From Bdellovibrionales bacterium (GTDB lineage Bacteria; Bdellovibrionota; Bdellovibrionia; Bdellovibrionales; UBA1609): a DNA stretch of 64,000 nt. Shown here piece by piece: positions 54,024 to 64,000 of this stretch. The notes under the pieces are model-generated. The model had not been told where the DNA came from, did not search any database, and saw nothing but the letters and a program-made list of their open reading frames with translations. A program made the position numbers and the translations under genes. Each line of letters starts with the position of its first letter. The stretch's first letter is position 1. The DNA lies in NCBI GenBank assembly GCA_965219095.1, contig CBDCMT010000001.1:1216001-1280000 (forward strand), in the 5' to 3' direction.

Positions 54024-55382
54024 TTAGAAGTGACCTACCCATTTTAGACCTAAAGTAGCAATTCCAAGAAAACTAAAGAAACTAAAAATATCTGTAAACA
54101 TAATGACTAAAACACTGCTCCCAATAGCTGGATCAAAACGTAGACGTTCCATTGTTAGAGGAATGAGAGTTCCCATTATAGAAGCTAAAAGACAGTTTAA
54201 GAGGATGGATACAAAAATCACTCCTGCAACGAGAAGATTTCCTTTCCAAAGATAAACTAGAACAGAAGCTAGAAGTCCTATGGCCATTCCTAAAATAGCA
54301 CCCACTAAAATTTCTTTCAATATGGCCTTTTGTTTTGTGATAAAGTTAAAGTCACCTGTGGCAAGTCCTCGTGTTATGATAGTGAAAGTTTGAATAGCTG
54401 TGCTCCCTCCCAGTCCTGCGACAACGTTTATTAAACTTGCTAAAATAATAAGCTCTTGTATTGTGCTTTCAAAGTAGTTGATTACTAAACTAGCTAAACT
54501 AGCTAAACCTAAGTTTAAAGCCAACCAAGGCAGACGGTTTTTAAATTTAAAGCTAAAAGAACTAAAAACTCTATCATTTTCTTGAAGGCCGGCTTGAACA
54601 TAAGCACTAGCTGTGATCTCTTCTTGTAGGATATCGACAACACTGTCAATTGTGATAAGCCCTAAAAGCTTTCTTTGTGAATTAACCACAGGTATGGCAA
54701 TGAAATTGTAATGGGAAACAATTCTAGCCACTTCTGAGGGAGAGGTTTCAGGAGAAAGTGTAATGATATCTTTTTTGATCAATTGAGAAAGAGGTGTTTC
54801 ATCATCGGCTGTAACAAGCTCTCTTAAGTTTAAAACTCCTTCTAAAACACCGTTTCTGTCGGTACAGTAAATATAATATATTGAGTTTTCTTGAGCTTTT
54901 GTTCTTAAATAGTTGAGTGCTTGTTTTGCTTTAAAGTGAATGGGTATGGTAAAGACCTTTGCTTCCATAAGACGTCCTGCTGAGTTTTCAGGATAGTTGA
55001 GAAATTGTTCAATGCGTGTGGCCTTCGAACGATCAGGAAGTTGTAGGAGAAGGTCTTTTTTTTGCTCTGATTTTAGAAAGTTTAAAAGATAGGCTCCTTT
55101 ATCTTCAGAAGAGGTCATAAGGAGTTGGTTGAGGAAGCCTTGGGAGAGGGTTTTTAGGAACGAAGAAACTTGACTTTCAGGCAGTTCATAAAGCATATCG
55201 CTGGCTTGCCCTAGATTCATAAGGGAGGTAAACAACCTATGTTTCTCTAAATCATTAAGCTGGGAAAAAAACCCAGCAAGGTCTTGGGGGGAGACTTTAT
55301 TGAGAATGGATTTCAAAGACCTTTGATTGTTGGCTGATAAGAGTCTTTTAATGATTGAAATATGAATAGGACTTAGTTTCAT
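54024..55382 (-). CDS. mgtE: Magnesium transporter MgtE
   Basis: YPENSAGRLM, CBS pair, NRLPWL, DPAIGS...TDIF. Confidence 0.93.
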   Translation of the reverse strand: MKLSPIHISIIKRLLSANNQRSLKSILNKVSPQDLAGFFSQLNDLEKHRLFTSLMNLGQASDMLYELPESQVSSFLKTLSQGFLNQLLMTSSEDKGAYLLNFLKSEQKKDLLLQLPDRSKATRIEQFLNYPENSAGRLMEAKVFTIPIHFKAKQALNYLRTKAQENSIYYIYCTDRNGVLEGVLNLRELVTADDETPLSQLIKKDIITLSPETSPSEVARIVSHYNFIAIPVVNSQRKLLGLITIDSVVDILQEEITASAYVQAGLQENDRVFSSFSFKFKNRLPWLALNLGLASLASLVINYFESTIQELIILASLINVVAGLGGSTAIQTFTIITRGLATGDFNFITKQKAILKEILVGAILGMAIGLLASVLVYLWKGNLLVAGVIFVSILLNCLLASIMGTLIPLTMERLRFDPAIGSSVLVIMFTDIFSFFSFLGIATLGLKWVGHF

Positions 55383-55458
55383 ACAAATTTACCTTGTAGT
55401 TTGTGGTTATTTTAAATATAATAATATTTTAGATTATTCAATTTTTTAAAGGAGAGGT

Positions 55459-55935
55459 ATGTCAAATAAGGTACCTATGACACCGCAAGGAAGGGAAACT
55501 TTAGAAACAGAGCTTAAAAAGCTTCTTCAACAAGAGCGTCCTCAGGTGATTAAAGATATAGAAGAGGCTCGAGCTCTTGGAGATCTGAGTGAGAATGCTG
55601 ATTATGATGCAGCAAAAGAAAAACAGGCTTATATAGAAAGTCGTATTACCGCTCTAGAAGATAAAATCGCAAATAGTGAAGTCATTGATCCTTCCACCAT
55701 TCAATCTGACACTATTGTTTTTGGAGCCTATGTTCATCTTCTGGATTTGGAAACTAAAGAAGAAACAGAATATCAGATTTTGGGGGAAATAGAAGTAGAT
55801 GTAAAGAAGGGTAAAATTTCTATTCTATCCCCTTTAGCAAGAGCTCTTATAGGTAGAAAGAAAGGTGATATGGTGGAGTTTATGAGTCCTAAGGGCTTAA
55901 AAGAGTATAAAATCATAGACTTTTACTTTCGATGA
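55459..55935 (+). CDS. greA: Transcription elongation factor GreA
   Basis: ARALGDLSENADYDAAK, ISILSPLARALIG. Confidence 0.96.
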   Translation: MSNKVPMTPQGRETLETELKKLLQQERPQVIKDIEEARALGDLSENADYDAAKEKQAYIESRITALEDKIANSEVIDPSTIQSDTIVFGAYVHLLDLETKEETEYQILGEIEVDVKKGKISILSPLARALIGRKKGDMVEFMSPKGLKEYKIIDFYFR

Positions 55936-57767
55936 AACAAGAAGCCTATTTAAAAAGCTGGACTTCTTTTTTGGTATCTATACTTTTGGCTGTTTTTTTA
56001 GGGGGAGCCTTTCAAGCTTTTTTTTCTAAAACCTTCTTTCAAAATAAAGTAATTTCTTATTGGGAAGAAAAAGGTATGTTTTTTCATCTTTCATCAGAGA
56101 GTACAGAGTTGATCTTATCTGAGAAACTTTGGCCTAGTTTAGCTTTACAGATTAATAATGTGAAACTCACTTCTGTTAAAAAGTGTTCTTTTTTTGATAC
56201 CATAACCATTGAAAAATTAAGAGTCTCTCTTTTGAGAAAGGTTTTGAGAGCTGAGAACCTTGTCATAACGCCTTCAGATTGTGTCCCTAAGTTGAAAGCT
56301 TTAAAAGACAAGAAGGTTTTAGAAAAGATAGCTTATAGTTTAGAACAACAATGGCCTTGGATTGTGAAGGCTTTTAAAGGGCTTTTTGATGTTTTTTATG
56401 TGAATCGTTGGTCCTATAACGATGTTGTTAAAGGAAACCAAGCCCTCATAACACCTCTTATAAAAGATCTTGCTTTAGATCTTAAAGGAGATTTTGTGTT
56501 TTATGAAAACACTTGGAAAGCTCACTTGAAGCTTAAAAGAGGCTTGATTCAATGGATATGGGAATCAAAATTTAAAGAATCTGTGATCACAACGGAGGGT
56601 TCTATAAACTATCCTCAGTACAATTTGATTTCAAAAGCAAAATTTTCTTATGTTCCTATATCAAAGGTTTTAGAGTGGATGAGTGTTTTTTCTTCAGATT
56701 TTCGTAGTTTTTATGCACCTTTATTATGGCTTTCTTGTGAGATCAATTTAAAAGGTTCTTTAGTTAATCCTGAAACCATGGCCATGAATGTTTATAAATG
56801 TGGCCTTTCAGGAGAAGATAACAAACTTTCTATACAGGATATTATCATTTTTCCTTTTTCTGAAAAATATTTTCAACCTTTTGAAGTTGATGTATCTCAC
56901 CTAAATTTTGATAAGATTTCTCAATTTGATCTTGTTAAAAAAAAATTTTCTTTAGAAGGAATAAAACAAAAGGGCTATTTAAAGGGAAAGCTTCAAGTGT
57001 TTTCAGTTAAAAACATAAGATTTCAAGGTGAATTAGTGGATCTAAAACTGAATGTTTTAAAAAATCCCATTAAAAAAATCGAAGGGTCTTTTTTTATCAA
57101 AGAAAGACAATATGAATTTTTTGTCAACGACGTAAAATGGCAGGATGATGAGGAAACTCAATTTTCAGGACAGGTGTCTTTAAAAGGAGATGTAAAAAAA
57201 AACGAAGCTTTTCTTCGCTCTGATATTTCCTTTTTTGAAATTCCTAAAGGCCTTAAGGAAGATTTTGATATAGAGGCAGGTTATTTTTCTTTAAAATTCC
57301 AAGGTTTATGGGAAAACAGAGGCCTTAAGGCCTTTAAAGGTCTTTTAAAGGCTTCTTTTTTTGAAAAGAAGCCCTATCGATTTAAGGATATGAGCTTAAA
57401 ATTTGAAAGAAACAAACAAGATGGAAGTCTTAAAGGAAAAGTCGGAGTAAGTTTTTTAGAGGTAAGCTCTGAATCTGAATTTTATAAAAATTTTAAAAAA
57501 TTGATTGCTTCAAAAATCACTTTAACAGACTCTGAACCTTTGTTCTTTGAGAGGTTGAGCTTTGTATTAAGCCAAAAGAAAAGCAAGTCCTTGGAGTGGA
57601 AAAAAGGTAGGTTTCAATGGACTCGCAAAAAGGCTATTTTTAGAACAGAAGGTGTTTTCAAGGACAGAAAGCTCTCGGGTCGTCTTTTAGTAGTTTTTCC
57701 CCCCTCTCCTATTTCATTTTCTTGGAAAGTGAAAGGAGAACCCTTAGTCCCCATATTTCATCAATAA
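55932..57767 (+). CDS. Membrane-anchored beta-rich hypothetical protein (AsmA-like?)
   Basis: 611 aa, N-terminal TM segment, overlaps greA stop. Confidence 0.65.
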   Translation: MKQEAYLKSWTSFLVSILLAVFLGGAFQAFFSKTFFQNKVISYWEEKGMFFHLSSESTELILSEKLWPSLALQINNVKLTSVKKCSFFDTITIEKLRVSLLRKVLRAENLVITPSDCVPKLKALKDKKVLEKIAYSLEQQWPWIVKAFKGLFDVFYVNRWSYNDVVKGNQALITPLIKDLALDLKGDFVFYENTWKAHLKLKRGLIQWIWESKFKESVITTEGSINYPQYNLISKAKFSYVPISKVLEWMSVFSSDFRSFYAPLLWLSCEINLKGSLVNPETMAMNVYKCGLSGEDNKLSIQDIIIFPFSEKYFQPFEVDVSHLNFDKISQFDLVKKKFSLEGIKQKGYLKGKLQVFSVKNIRFQGELVDLKLNVLKNPIKKIEGSFFIKERQYEFFVNDVKWQDDEETQFSGQVSLKGDVKKNEAFLRSDISFFEIPKGLKEDFDIEAGYFSLKFQGLWENRGLKAFKGLLKASFFEKKPYRFKDMSLKFERNKQDGSLKGKVGVSFLEVSSESEFYKNFKKLIASKITLTDSEPLFFERLSFVLSQKKSKSLEWKKGRFQWTRKKAIFRTEGVFKDRKLSGRLLVVFPPSPISFSWKVKGEPLVPIFHQ

Positions 57768-57772
57768 TTTTA

Positions 57773-57810
57773 GGCTCTTCCCGGGAACCCACAGATTCTT
57801 TTGAGGAGGC
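57773..57810 (+). mobile_element. 38-bp collapsed ISL3 with intact TSD
   Basis: GGCTCTTCCCGGGAACCCACAGATTCTTTTGAGGAGGC flanked by TAATTTTA on both sides. Confidence 0.9.
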
Positions 57811-58004
57811 TAATTTTATAACATTGTGTCATAATTTACTTTTTCGCATAGCACTATAATGATAAACCTTAATTTAATTAGTAGGTTAGCTCTTTAGCCC
57901 TTTTGAGTGGGTAGGGATTTAGAGTTTGTATTTTCTATTGTATTGATTTTTTTTGATTTTTTATATAAAAGGAGTATAGAGTAACTTTAAAAAAGGTCTT
58001 AAGA

Positions 58005-58526
58005 ATGAAGTTTATTACTAGTAGAATGCATTTAGATAGAGATAGAGATAGAGATAGGGATGATAAGGATTTCTTGAGTCCCTTTGATGAACCTCATGCC
58101 TTTGATGAGCCTCAAACCCCACCCCTCCATGAACTTTTCAAAGGTGTTGGAGTTGAAGATGATCTTAAGTATTTAGATGATATAGATAATATTTTAGAGA
58201 TGAAAGAAGATCAGTATCCTGAATTTACTTTAGCTAAGAATAAGGCTCGGTTTTTAAGGATGTTTTCTTGGTACAAAAATAAAAACGAATGGCTTAAAGT
58301 AGCTCCCTTAAGTGGAGTGACAAGACTTTTTAAACAGCAGACCAAGGAACTAGAAGGTATTCGTTCTCATAAGATGGATTATGAAATGGAATTAGAAATG
58401 GGAACCTTAACTCCTAGTCAAAAATCTTATCGCAAAGATGAACTTAAAATGTGTAAAGTTCATGAGAGAATGGCAATTTATCTTATTTCAAAAATGCAGT
58501 TTAAGATAAAAAACTCTCGTCGTTAA
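58005..58526 (+). CDS. Hypothetical protein
   Basis: 173-aa ORF with DR microrepeat. Confidence 0.72.
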   Translation: MKFITSRMHLDRDRDRDRDDKDFLSPFDEPHAFDEPQTPPLHELFKGVGVEDDLKYLDDIDNILEMKEDQYPEFTLAKNKARFLRMFSWYKNKNEWLKVAPLSGVTRLFKQQTKELEGIRSHKMDYEMELEMGTLTPSQKSYRKDELKMCKVHERMAIYLISKMQFKIKNSRR

Positions 58527-58863
58527 AAGTTTTCCCCTCACCTTCTATCTTACTGGTATTTTTATTATTTGTAGTCCAATGATCGTTGTTGTGTAAAGGA
58601 AAAGTTTTTAAAATAAATTTTTACAGGTTTTTTAGAAGCTTTTCCCGACTTCAGCGTTCCATTACTAAAACTTCATAAAGTGTGCAAGCTATGTTTAAAA
58701 CAAAGTTGGGGGGTATTTTTCCAGAAAGTTGCATTTGTGGTGTCAGAAATCTTTTTTACAAAGCCATTACACAATTTAAATTATAAGCTCAATTTCGAAC
58801 TACGATTAGTATAGGAGATCATCATGGTTCTAATTTCCGTCCCTTTAGTACTTTTCAAAAATA

Positions 58864-59448
58864 TTAAACAGGCCTTACTTTAAGAGTGTTATTTTCAAGT
58901 TCATGTCTTAGAATGTTTTCAATAGCTTCTAAAGTACCCATTGCAGCACTAGGACACCCTTCACAAGCTCCTTGATAAAAAATTTTAAGCTCATTATCCT
59001 TGAGTTCAATTACCTCTAAGTCTCCTCCATCAGCTTGAAGTCCCGGTCTTATAGTGCGATCTAAAATTTCTTCAATCTTATTTAAATCCTCTGATTCATG
59101 TTGTTTTCTTATTTTCTTAATTTTTTCATCTTCAAAATCAAATTCTGGATCATGGAGTGGAAATCTTGTTTTTAAAACAGATTCTACACATTTGAAGAAC
59201 TCTTCTAAGGATAAATCACCTGAATGAGTCAAAGTTAAGAAATTTCTAAAAAGATGAATCTGCTTAACACCAGAAATCTCGAAAAGTCCTATAACAAGCT
59301 TTAAATCTCTTGCCTCTTCTATAGAAGAAAAAGAAGCTTTTCCTCTTGTTTTAAAAGGAAGGTTACAAATAAACCTGAGAGCATAGGGGTTAGGGGTTTC
59401 TTGCATTTTAATTAAAATGTCATCAGGTGAAATTCTTTCGTAATTCAT
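58864..59448 (-). CDS. NifU/NfuA-family Fe-S scaffold
   Basis: TPNP, IRPGLQADGGD, GACEGCPS. Confidence 0.92.
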   Translation of the reverse strand: MNYERISPDDILIKMQETPNPYALRFICNLPFKTRGKASFSSIEEARDLKLVIGLFEISGVKQIHLFRNFLTLTHSGDLSLEEFFKCVESVLKTRFPLHDPEFDFEDEKIKKIRKQHESEDLNKIEEILDRTIRPGLQADGGDLEVIELKDNELKIFYQGACEGCPSAAMGTLEAIENILRHELENNTLKVRPV

Positions 59449-60686
59449 TTTAAAACCTCCACAGCTTTTTCCAAAGCAATTTTTAACTGATCAATTTCAT
59501 CAAAAGTGTTATAAACGGAAAATGAAACCCTCACTGAACCTGTGAGGTTGAGTTTTTTGAATAAAGGTTGCGTACAATGATGACCAGATCTTAAAGCGAT
59601 TCCCTGCTCACTTAAGATTTGTGCTATATCAGAGTGATGAACCCCTTTCACATTAAAGGATAAAATGGGAACTCTTTTTTGAAAGACATTTCCTATGAAT
59701 TCAAGATCTTTAATCTCAGAAAGATTTTGAAAGGCTTTTTCTAAAAGTTTTTTTTCATAATTTTCAATAGAATCCCACCCTAAACTTTTAATATAATCAA
59801 TAGCTGTTCCTAAACCTAAAACCTCTGCGACAGGAGGTGTTCCTGACTCTAATTTAAAAGGAAGGTCTAATAGAACTGTATCCTCAAGACTTACACGATC
59901 AATACTACCTCCTCCATAGCGCAGAGGAGTGAGTTTGCTTAAGCTCTCCTTTTTTCCGTAAAGAATTCCCACTCCAAAAGGGCCGAAAAGTTTATGTGAA
60001 CTAAAAGCCAAAAAATCACAATCAAGCCTCTGAACATCAAGAGGAAAATGAGGGGCTGCTTGAGCTACGTCTAAAAGAACCAAAGCTCCCTTGAGTTTAG
60101 CTTCTTTTATATACTTTTCAACAGGGTTAATAATTCCCAGAGAATTAGAGACATAATTTAAAGCTAAAAGCTTTGTACGAGAAGTCAGAAGTTTCTCATA
60201 TTCTGAAAAGATAAGGTTTCCATCCTTATCCACAGGAATAATTTTTAAAATTAAAGACTTTCTTTTTGCAAGCATTTGCCATGGAATAAAGTTAGAATGA
60301 TGTTCTAACTCAGAGACAATGATCTCATCCCCATCACAGAAGTAAGATTCAAGCCCTCGAGCAACAGAGTTAATAGCATCTGTTGTTCCATAGGTAAAAA
60401 CAATTTCACATATATCCTTAGCTTTAATAAAATTCTTTATTTTCAAACGTGTTTTTTCAAAGAGGTTTGTCGCTTCCTCACTTAAAAAGTGTTGTCCTCT
60501 GTGTACATTTGATATTTTAAAAGAATAAAACTGATCCAAAGCCTCTATAACCGTTTTAGGCTTTAAAGAGGTAGCCGCCGTATCAAAGTAAATAAAGGGC
60601 TTTCCATTTTTTTTCTCTAAAGAATGAAAGTTATCTTTAAAAACAGGCTCTATCATAAAGTCTCCTTGTTTAAAAGTCCTTTGCAT
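59445..60686 (-). CDS. sufS: Cysteine desulfurase
   Basis: YFDTAATS, EHHSN, SSHKLFGP, RSGHHC. Confidence 0.95.
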   Translation of the reverse strand: MQRTFKQGDFMIEPVFKDNFHSLEKKNGKPFIYFDTAATSLKPKTVIEALDQFYSFKISNVHRGQHFLSEEATNLFEKTRLKIKNFIKAKDICEIVFTYGTTDAINSVARGLESYFCDGDEIIVSELEHHSNFIPWQMLAKRKSLILKIIPVDKDGNLIFSEYEKLLTSRTKLLALNYVSNSLGIINPVEKYIKEAKLKGALVLLDVAQAAPHFPLDVQRLDCDFLAFSSHKLFGPFGVGILYGKKESLSKLTPLRYGGGSIDRVSLEDTVLLDLPFKLESGTPPVAEVLGLGTAIDYIKSLGWDSIENYEKKLLEKAFQNLSEIKDLEFIGNVFQKRVPILSFNVKGVHHSDIAQILSEQGIALRSGHHCTQPLFKKLNLTGSVRVSFSVYNTFDEIDQLKIALEKAVEVLK

Positions 60687-61876
60687 TCATCAATGATAAG
60701 ATTCTGAAGCCTTCTATCTTTTACAAGTACAACAAGCTCATTCACAAAAGCTTTCAAAAGCAGTTCTTCAGCTTTTTCATATTTTAAACCACGAGACATA
60801 AGATAAAACATATCTTGAGAGTCTAAGCCTCCTACAGTAGCTCCATGTTGAGCTTCTACATCGTCAGCATAGACTTCTAAAACAGGTTGACTATCAACTT
60901 TTGTACGATTTCCAAAAACTAAGTTTTTATTCAATTGGAAGGATTTCGTTTTTTGTGCTTCTTTCACAATATGACTGAGACTTCTGAAAACCCCACGGGA
61001 TTGATCACAAAGAAGGCCCTTAAAGATCTGTGAACTTAGACTTTCTGGAGCTAAATGAACTACGCTGACTTGATGGTCTTTTGTCTGTGTTCTTCTTCCT
61101 AAGTAAAATCCTTTTACAAGGGCTTTTGCGAAAGAACCCTTTATTTTTATGTTAAATTCATGCCTTGCGAAGAAAGATCCTAAAGATAACAAAAAAATTT
61201 CAAAATGACTTTTTTCTGAAAGCTCAACAAAATTTAAATCTGTATGGAAAGTATCTTCTTTAGACTTTTGAATTTGTAAGGCATTTAAAGTAGCCATTTC
61301 TTCTAAGAAAATAGAACACGAACGATTCATAAAAGAGCATGAATTTTCAAAAACTTCTACAAAAGTTGCTTGAGCTCCCCTCTTAAGGGTTATTTTATTT
61401 TTAAAACAAATCCGAGAAAAATTTTGAGAAGAAGAGTTTATATGATGTATAAAAATAGGTTGTGAATTTGAAAAGTTTTTGTCAATTTCAAGATTCACAC
61501 CTGGTTCAAAAAAAGAATCATTAAATAAAGTGAGCTTGTTTTTATTTTGCCTCATAAGAAGTTTTTGTTCTTGAGGTGAAAGGGGATAGATCGTAACTCC
61601 TTGAGAGGGCAGAGATGATAAATTTCTTTGAAAAATTCCATGATAAAATACAAGAGAAAAATGATCTTTTTTTATGTTGTGACAAGGGGGTAGATTTTTC
61701 TCACTTAAAGAGAAAAGCTCTAGCTTTTTAAGACCACTATGTCTCCAAAAATCAAAATCTTTTTTTTCAAAAGCTCGTCCCTCTAAGAATTCAAAAAAAG
61801 ACTTCCTACGCTCTTCATCGAAAAGAATGTTTTCTTTAGCAAGCAATTCACAAAACTGACTTTCAAAGGTTTTCAT
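60653..61876 (-). CDS. sufD: Fe-S assembly protein SufD
   Basis: PVLEVYADDVEAQHGATVG, FYLMSRG. Confidence 0.93.
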   Translation of the reverse strand: MKTFESQFCELLAKENILFDEERRKSFFEFLEGRAFEKKDFDFWRHSGLKKLELFSLSEKNLPPCHNIKKDHFSLVFYHGIFQRNLSSLPSQGVTIYPLSPQEQKLLMRQNKNKLTLFNDSFFEPGVNLEIDKNFSNSQPIFIHHINSSSQNFSRICFKNKITLKRGAQATFVEVFENSCSFMNRSCSIFLEEMATLNALQIQKSKEDTFHTDLNFVELSEKSHFEIFLLSLGSFFARHEFNIKIKGSFAKALVKGFYLGRRTQTKDHQVSVVHLAPESLSSQIFKGLLCDQSRGVFRSLSHIVKEAQKTKSFQLNKNLVFGNRTKVDSQPVLEVYADDVEAQHGATVGGLDSQDMFYLMSRGLKYEKAEELLLKAFVNELVVLVKDRRLQNLIIDECKGLLNKETL

Positions 61877-62667
61877 AAATGCCTCTCTTGATGAACATTC
61901 TTTACAAAACTTTCATAGCCATTTTTTTCAACGTCTAAAGCTAAAGAGCTTGATCCTGTTTGAATGATTCTGCCATCATAAAAAATATGAACAAAATCAG
62001 GTTTCACAAGCTCTAAAATTCTGTGGTAGTGAGTGATGAACAAAAAGGATCTGTTAGGAGCTTTGAATTGAGAAAAAGCTTCACTCACAATACGTAAAGA
62101 ATCTACATCTAAACCTGAGTCTAGCTCATCAAGTAAGACAAATTGAGGTTTTAACAAAAGCATTTGAAGTATTTCATTGCGTTTTTTTTCTCCTCCTGAA
62201 AAACCTTCATTAACAGATCGGTTAAGAAAACTTAAGTCCATTTTTAACATTTCAGAATATTTTTTAAGAAGTTTATTAAACTCTTTATCATTTAAAATTT
62301 CAGCCCCTTGTGCCTCACATAGAGAATCAAAAGCAACTTTTAAAAATCTTTTATTCTGAACTCCTTGTATTTCAGAAGGATATTGGAAGCTTAGAAAAAT
62401 TCCTTTTCGAGCTCTTTCTTCTACATCTAAGTCTAAAAGGTTATCTTGATTCACGCCATCAGAGTGCATAATACTTCCCTCTGTTACAATGTAATCAGGA
62501 TGTCCTGCGATCACTTTAGCTAAAGTGCTTTTCCCTGAGCCATTAGGCCCCATAAGGGCATGAATTTCTCCTGGATTCACCTCTAAGTCCACTCCCCTAA
62601 GAATGTTCTTTTCTTCTGCACAAGCTCTCAAATTTTTTATCTTTAACATATTAACTCCTTTAGCCAA
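61873..62667 (-). CDS. sufC: Fe-S assembly ATPase SufC
   Basis: [22 protein letters not shown]. Confidence 0.96.
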   Translation of the reverse strand: MAKGVNMLKIKNLRACAEEKNILRGVDLEVNPGEIHALMGPNGSGKSTLAKVIAGHPDYIVTEGSIMHSDGVNQDNLLDLDVEERARKGIFLSFQYPSEIQGVQNKRFLKVAFDSLCEAQGAEILNDKEFNKLLKKYSEMLKMDLSFLNRSVNEGFSGGEKKRNEILQMLLLKPQFVLLDELDSGLDVDSLRIVSEAFSQFKAPNRSFLFITHYHRILELVKPDFVHIFYDGRIIQTGSSSLALDVEKNGYESFVKNVHQERHL

Positions 62668-64000
62668 TACTGTTTTCTAATTTCATTTCGATTAAGTTCT
62701 TAGCTTCTTCTGAAAACTCAAGAGGCAGATGTTTAAAAACTTCTTTACAAAATCCATTTACAATAAGGGAAATAGCTTTTTCTGTGCTAAGCCCTCTTGA
62801 TTTTAAATAAAAAATTTGCTCTTCGCTCATACGAGATGTACTGGCTTCATGTTCTACAATGGAACTAGAGTTTTCAACTTGGAGTGTGGGGAATGTGTTT
62901 GCATTAGATTGAGCACCCACTAAAAGAGAATCACATTGTGTGTAGTTTCTTGCACCCTTAGATGAGGGAAGAATATGAACATGCCCCCTGTAACTATTAC
63001 GGGACCTATTTGATGAGATTCCTTTAGAGATAATGGTACTTTTTGTTCTTTCACCAATATGAATCATTTTCGTCCCTGTATCAGCTTGCATGTGGTGATG
63101 GGTGAGAGCCACTGAGTAAAAAGAACCTGTGGATTCTTTTCCTTGCAGAATCACGCTGGGGTATTTCCAAGTTATGGCAGATCCTGCTTCTACTTGCGTC
63201 CAAGAAATGCAAGACTTCTCACCCTGTGCTCTAGCTCTTTTGGTTACAAAATTGTAAATACCGCCCCGTCCTTTTTCATCTCCTGGATACCAGTTCTGCA
63301 CTGTAGAGTAATTAATGACAGCACCCTTTAAAGCCACCAATTCTACAACCGCTGCATGCAGTTGATGATTATCTCTTTGAGGTGCTGTACAACCCTCTAA
63401 ATAGTTAACAAAACTTCCTTCATCGGCAATGACTAAAGTTCTTTCAAATTGTCCTGTGTCTTCGGTGTTAATGCGAAAATACGTAGATAAATCTAGAGGA
63501 CAAGTCACATTTTTAGGAATATAACAAAAAGAACCATCCGTAAAAACAGCCGAATTAAGACAAGCAAAAAAATTATCTGTATGGGGAACAACTGTTTCTA
63601 AGTACTTTTGTACAAGTTTAGGGTGATTTTGAACTGCTTCAGAGATAGAGCAAAAAACAACACCACTTTTTTCTAAAACTTCTTGGTGTGTTGTACCTAT
63701 AGAAACACTATCAAAAACAGCATCCACAGCAACACCACTAATACGTTTTTGTTCTTGGAGAGGAATCCCTAGACGTTCAAAAGTTCTTAGAAGTTCAGGA
63801 TCAATATCATCTAAAGACTTTGGATTTTCTTTAGGTTTAGGAGCTGAATAGTAACAAATGTCTTGATAATTGATGGGAGCATAGTCAAAACTAGCCCAGT
63901 GGGGTTCTTTTAAAGTTTTCCAATGTTTAAAGGCCCGCAGTCTTTTTTCAAGAAGCCATTTAGGATCACATCTTTTTTTTGAAATATCTCTTATAACTTC
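62660..64000 (-). CDS. sufB: Fe-S assembly protein SufB (5' end outside window)
   Basis: [31 protein letters not shown]. Confidence 0.96.
   Translation of the reverse strand, partial: EVIRDISKKRCDPKWLLEKRLRAFKHWKTLKEPHWASFDYAPINYQDICYYSAPKPKENPKSLDDIDPELLRTFERLGIPLQEQKRISGVAVDAVFDSVSIGTTHQEVLEKSGVVFCSISEAVQNHPKLVQKYLETVVPHTDNFFACLNSAVFTDGSFCYIPKNVTCPLDLSTYFRINTEDTGQFERTLVIADEGSFVNYLEGCTAPQRDNHQLHAAVVELVALKGAVINYSTVQNWYPGDEKGRGGIYNFVTKRARAQGEKSCISWTQVEAGSAITWKYPSVILQGKESTGSFYSVALTHHHMQADTGTKMIHIGERTKSTIISKGISSNRSRNSYRGHVHILPSSKGARNYTQCDSLLVGAQSNANTFPTLQVENSSSIVEHEASTSRMSEEQIFYLKSRGLSTEKAISLIVNGFCKEVFKHLPLEFSEEAKNLIEMKLENSIG

Noticed and set aside
58035..58060. (GATAGA)n repeat as a phase switch
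   Set aside because: Hexamer units keep the reading frame.

Overview
AT-rich bacterial chromosome segment, probably Bdellovibrionales: it encodes a close homologue of the Bdellovibrio histone-fold protein Bd0055. Roughly 30 of the 64 kb is insertion-sequence DNA (IS630, ISL3, IS1634, IS66, IS256, IS3, IS481, IS982, IS5 remnants, MITEs), often nested and degraded. Intact core islands are merC-like/histone/dusB/tRNA-Phe, pepA-clpP-clpX-lon-TPR regulator, mgtE-greA and sufBCDS-nifU, plus tRNA-Val and tRNA-Arg. The best candidate novel system is a compact integrative element at 17942-23476. It has a tyrosine integrase, an excisionase, a tiny SSB-like gene, a ~165-nt GC-rich fold-back, a secreted ankyrin cargo, 11-bp arm repeats and a tRNA-like att, with a degraded relative at 32.3-33.9 kb. 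Also notable: an unexplained ~325-nt multi-helix region after tRNA-Val, a split IS256 TSD recording a ~24-kb rearrangement, 38-48-bp ISL3 collapse scars, and an S9 peptidase gene broken in four places. All family calls come from recognising motifs by eye; no database searches or folding computations were run.
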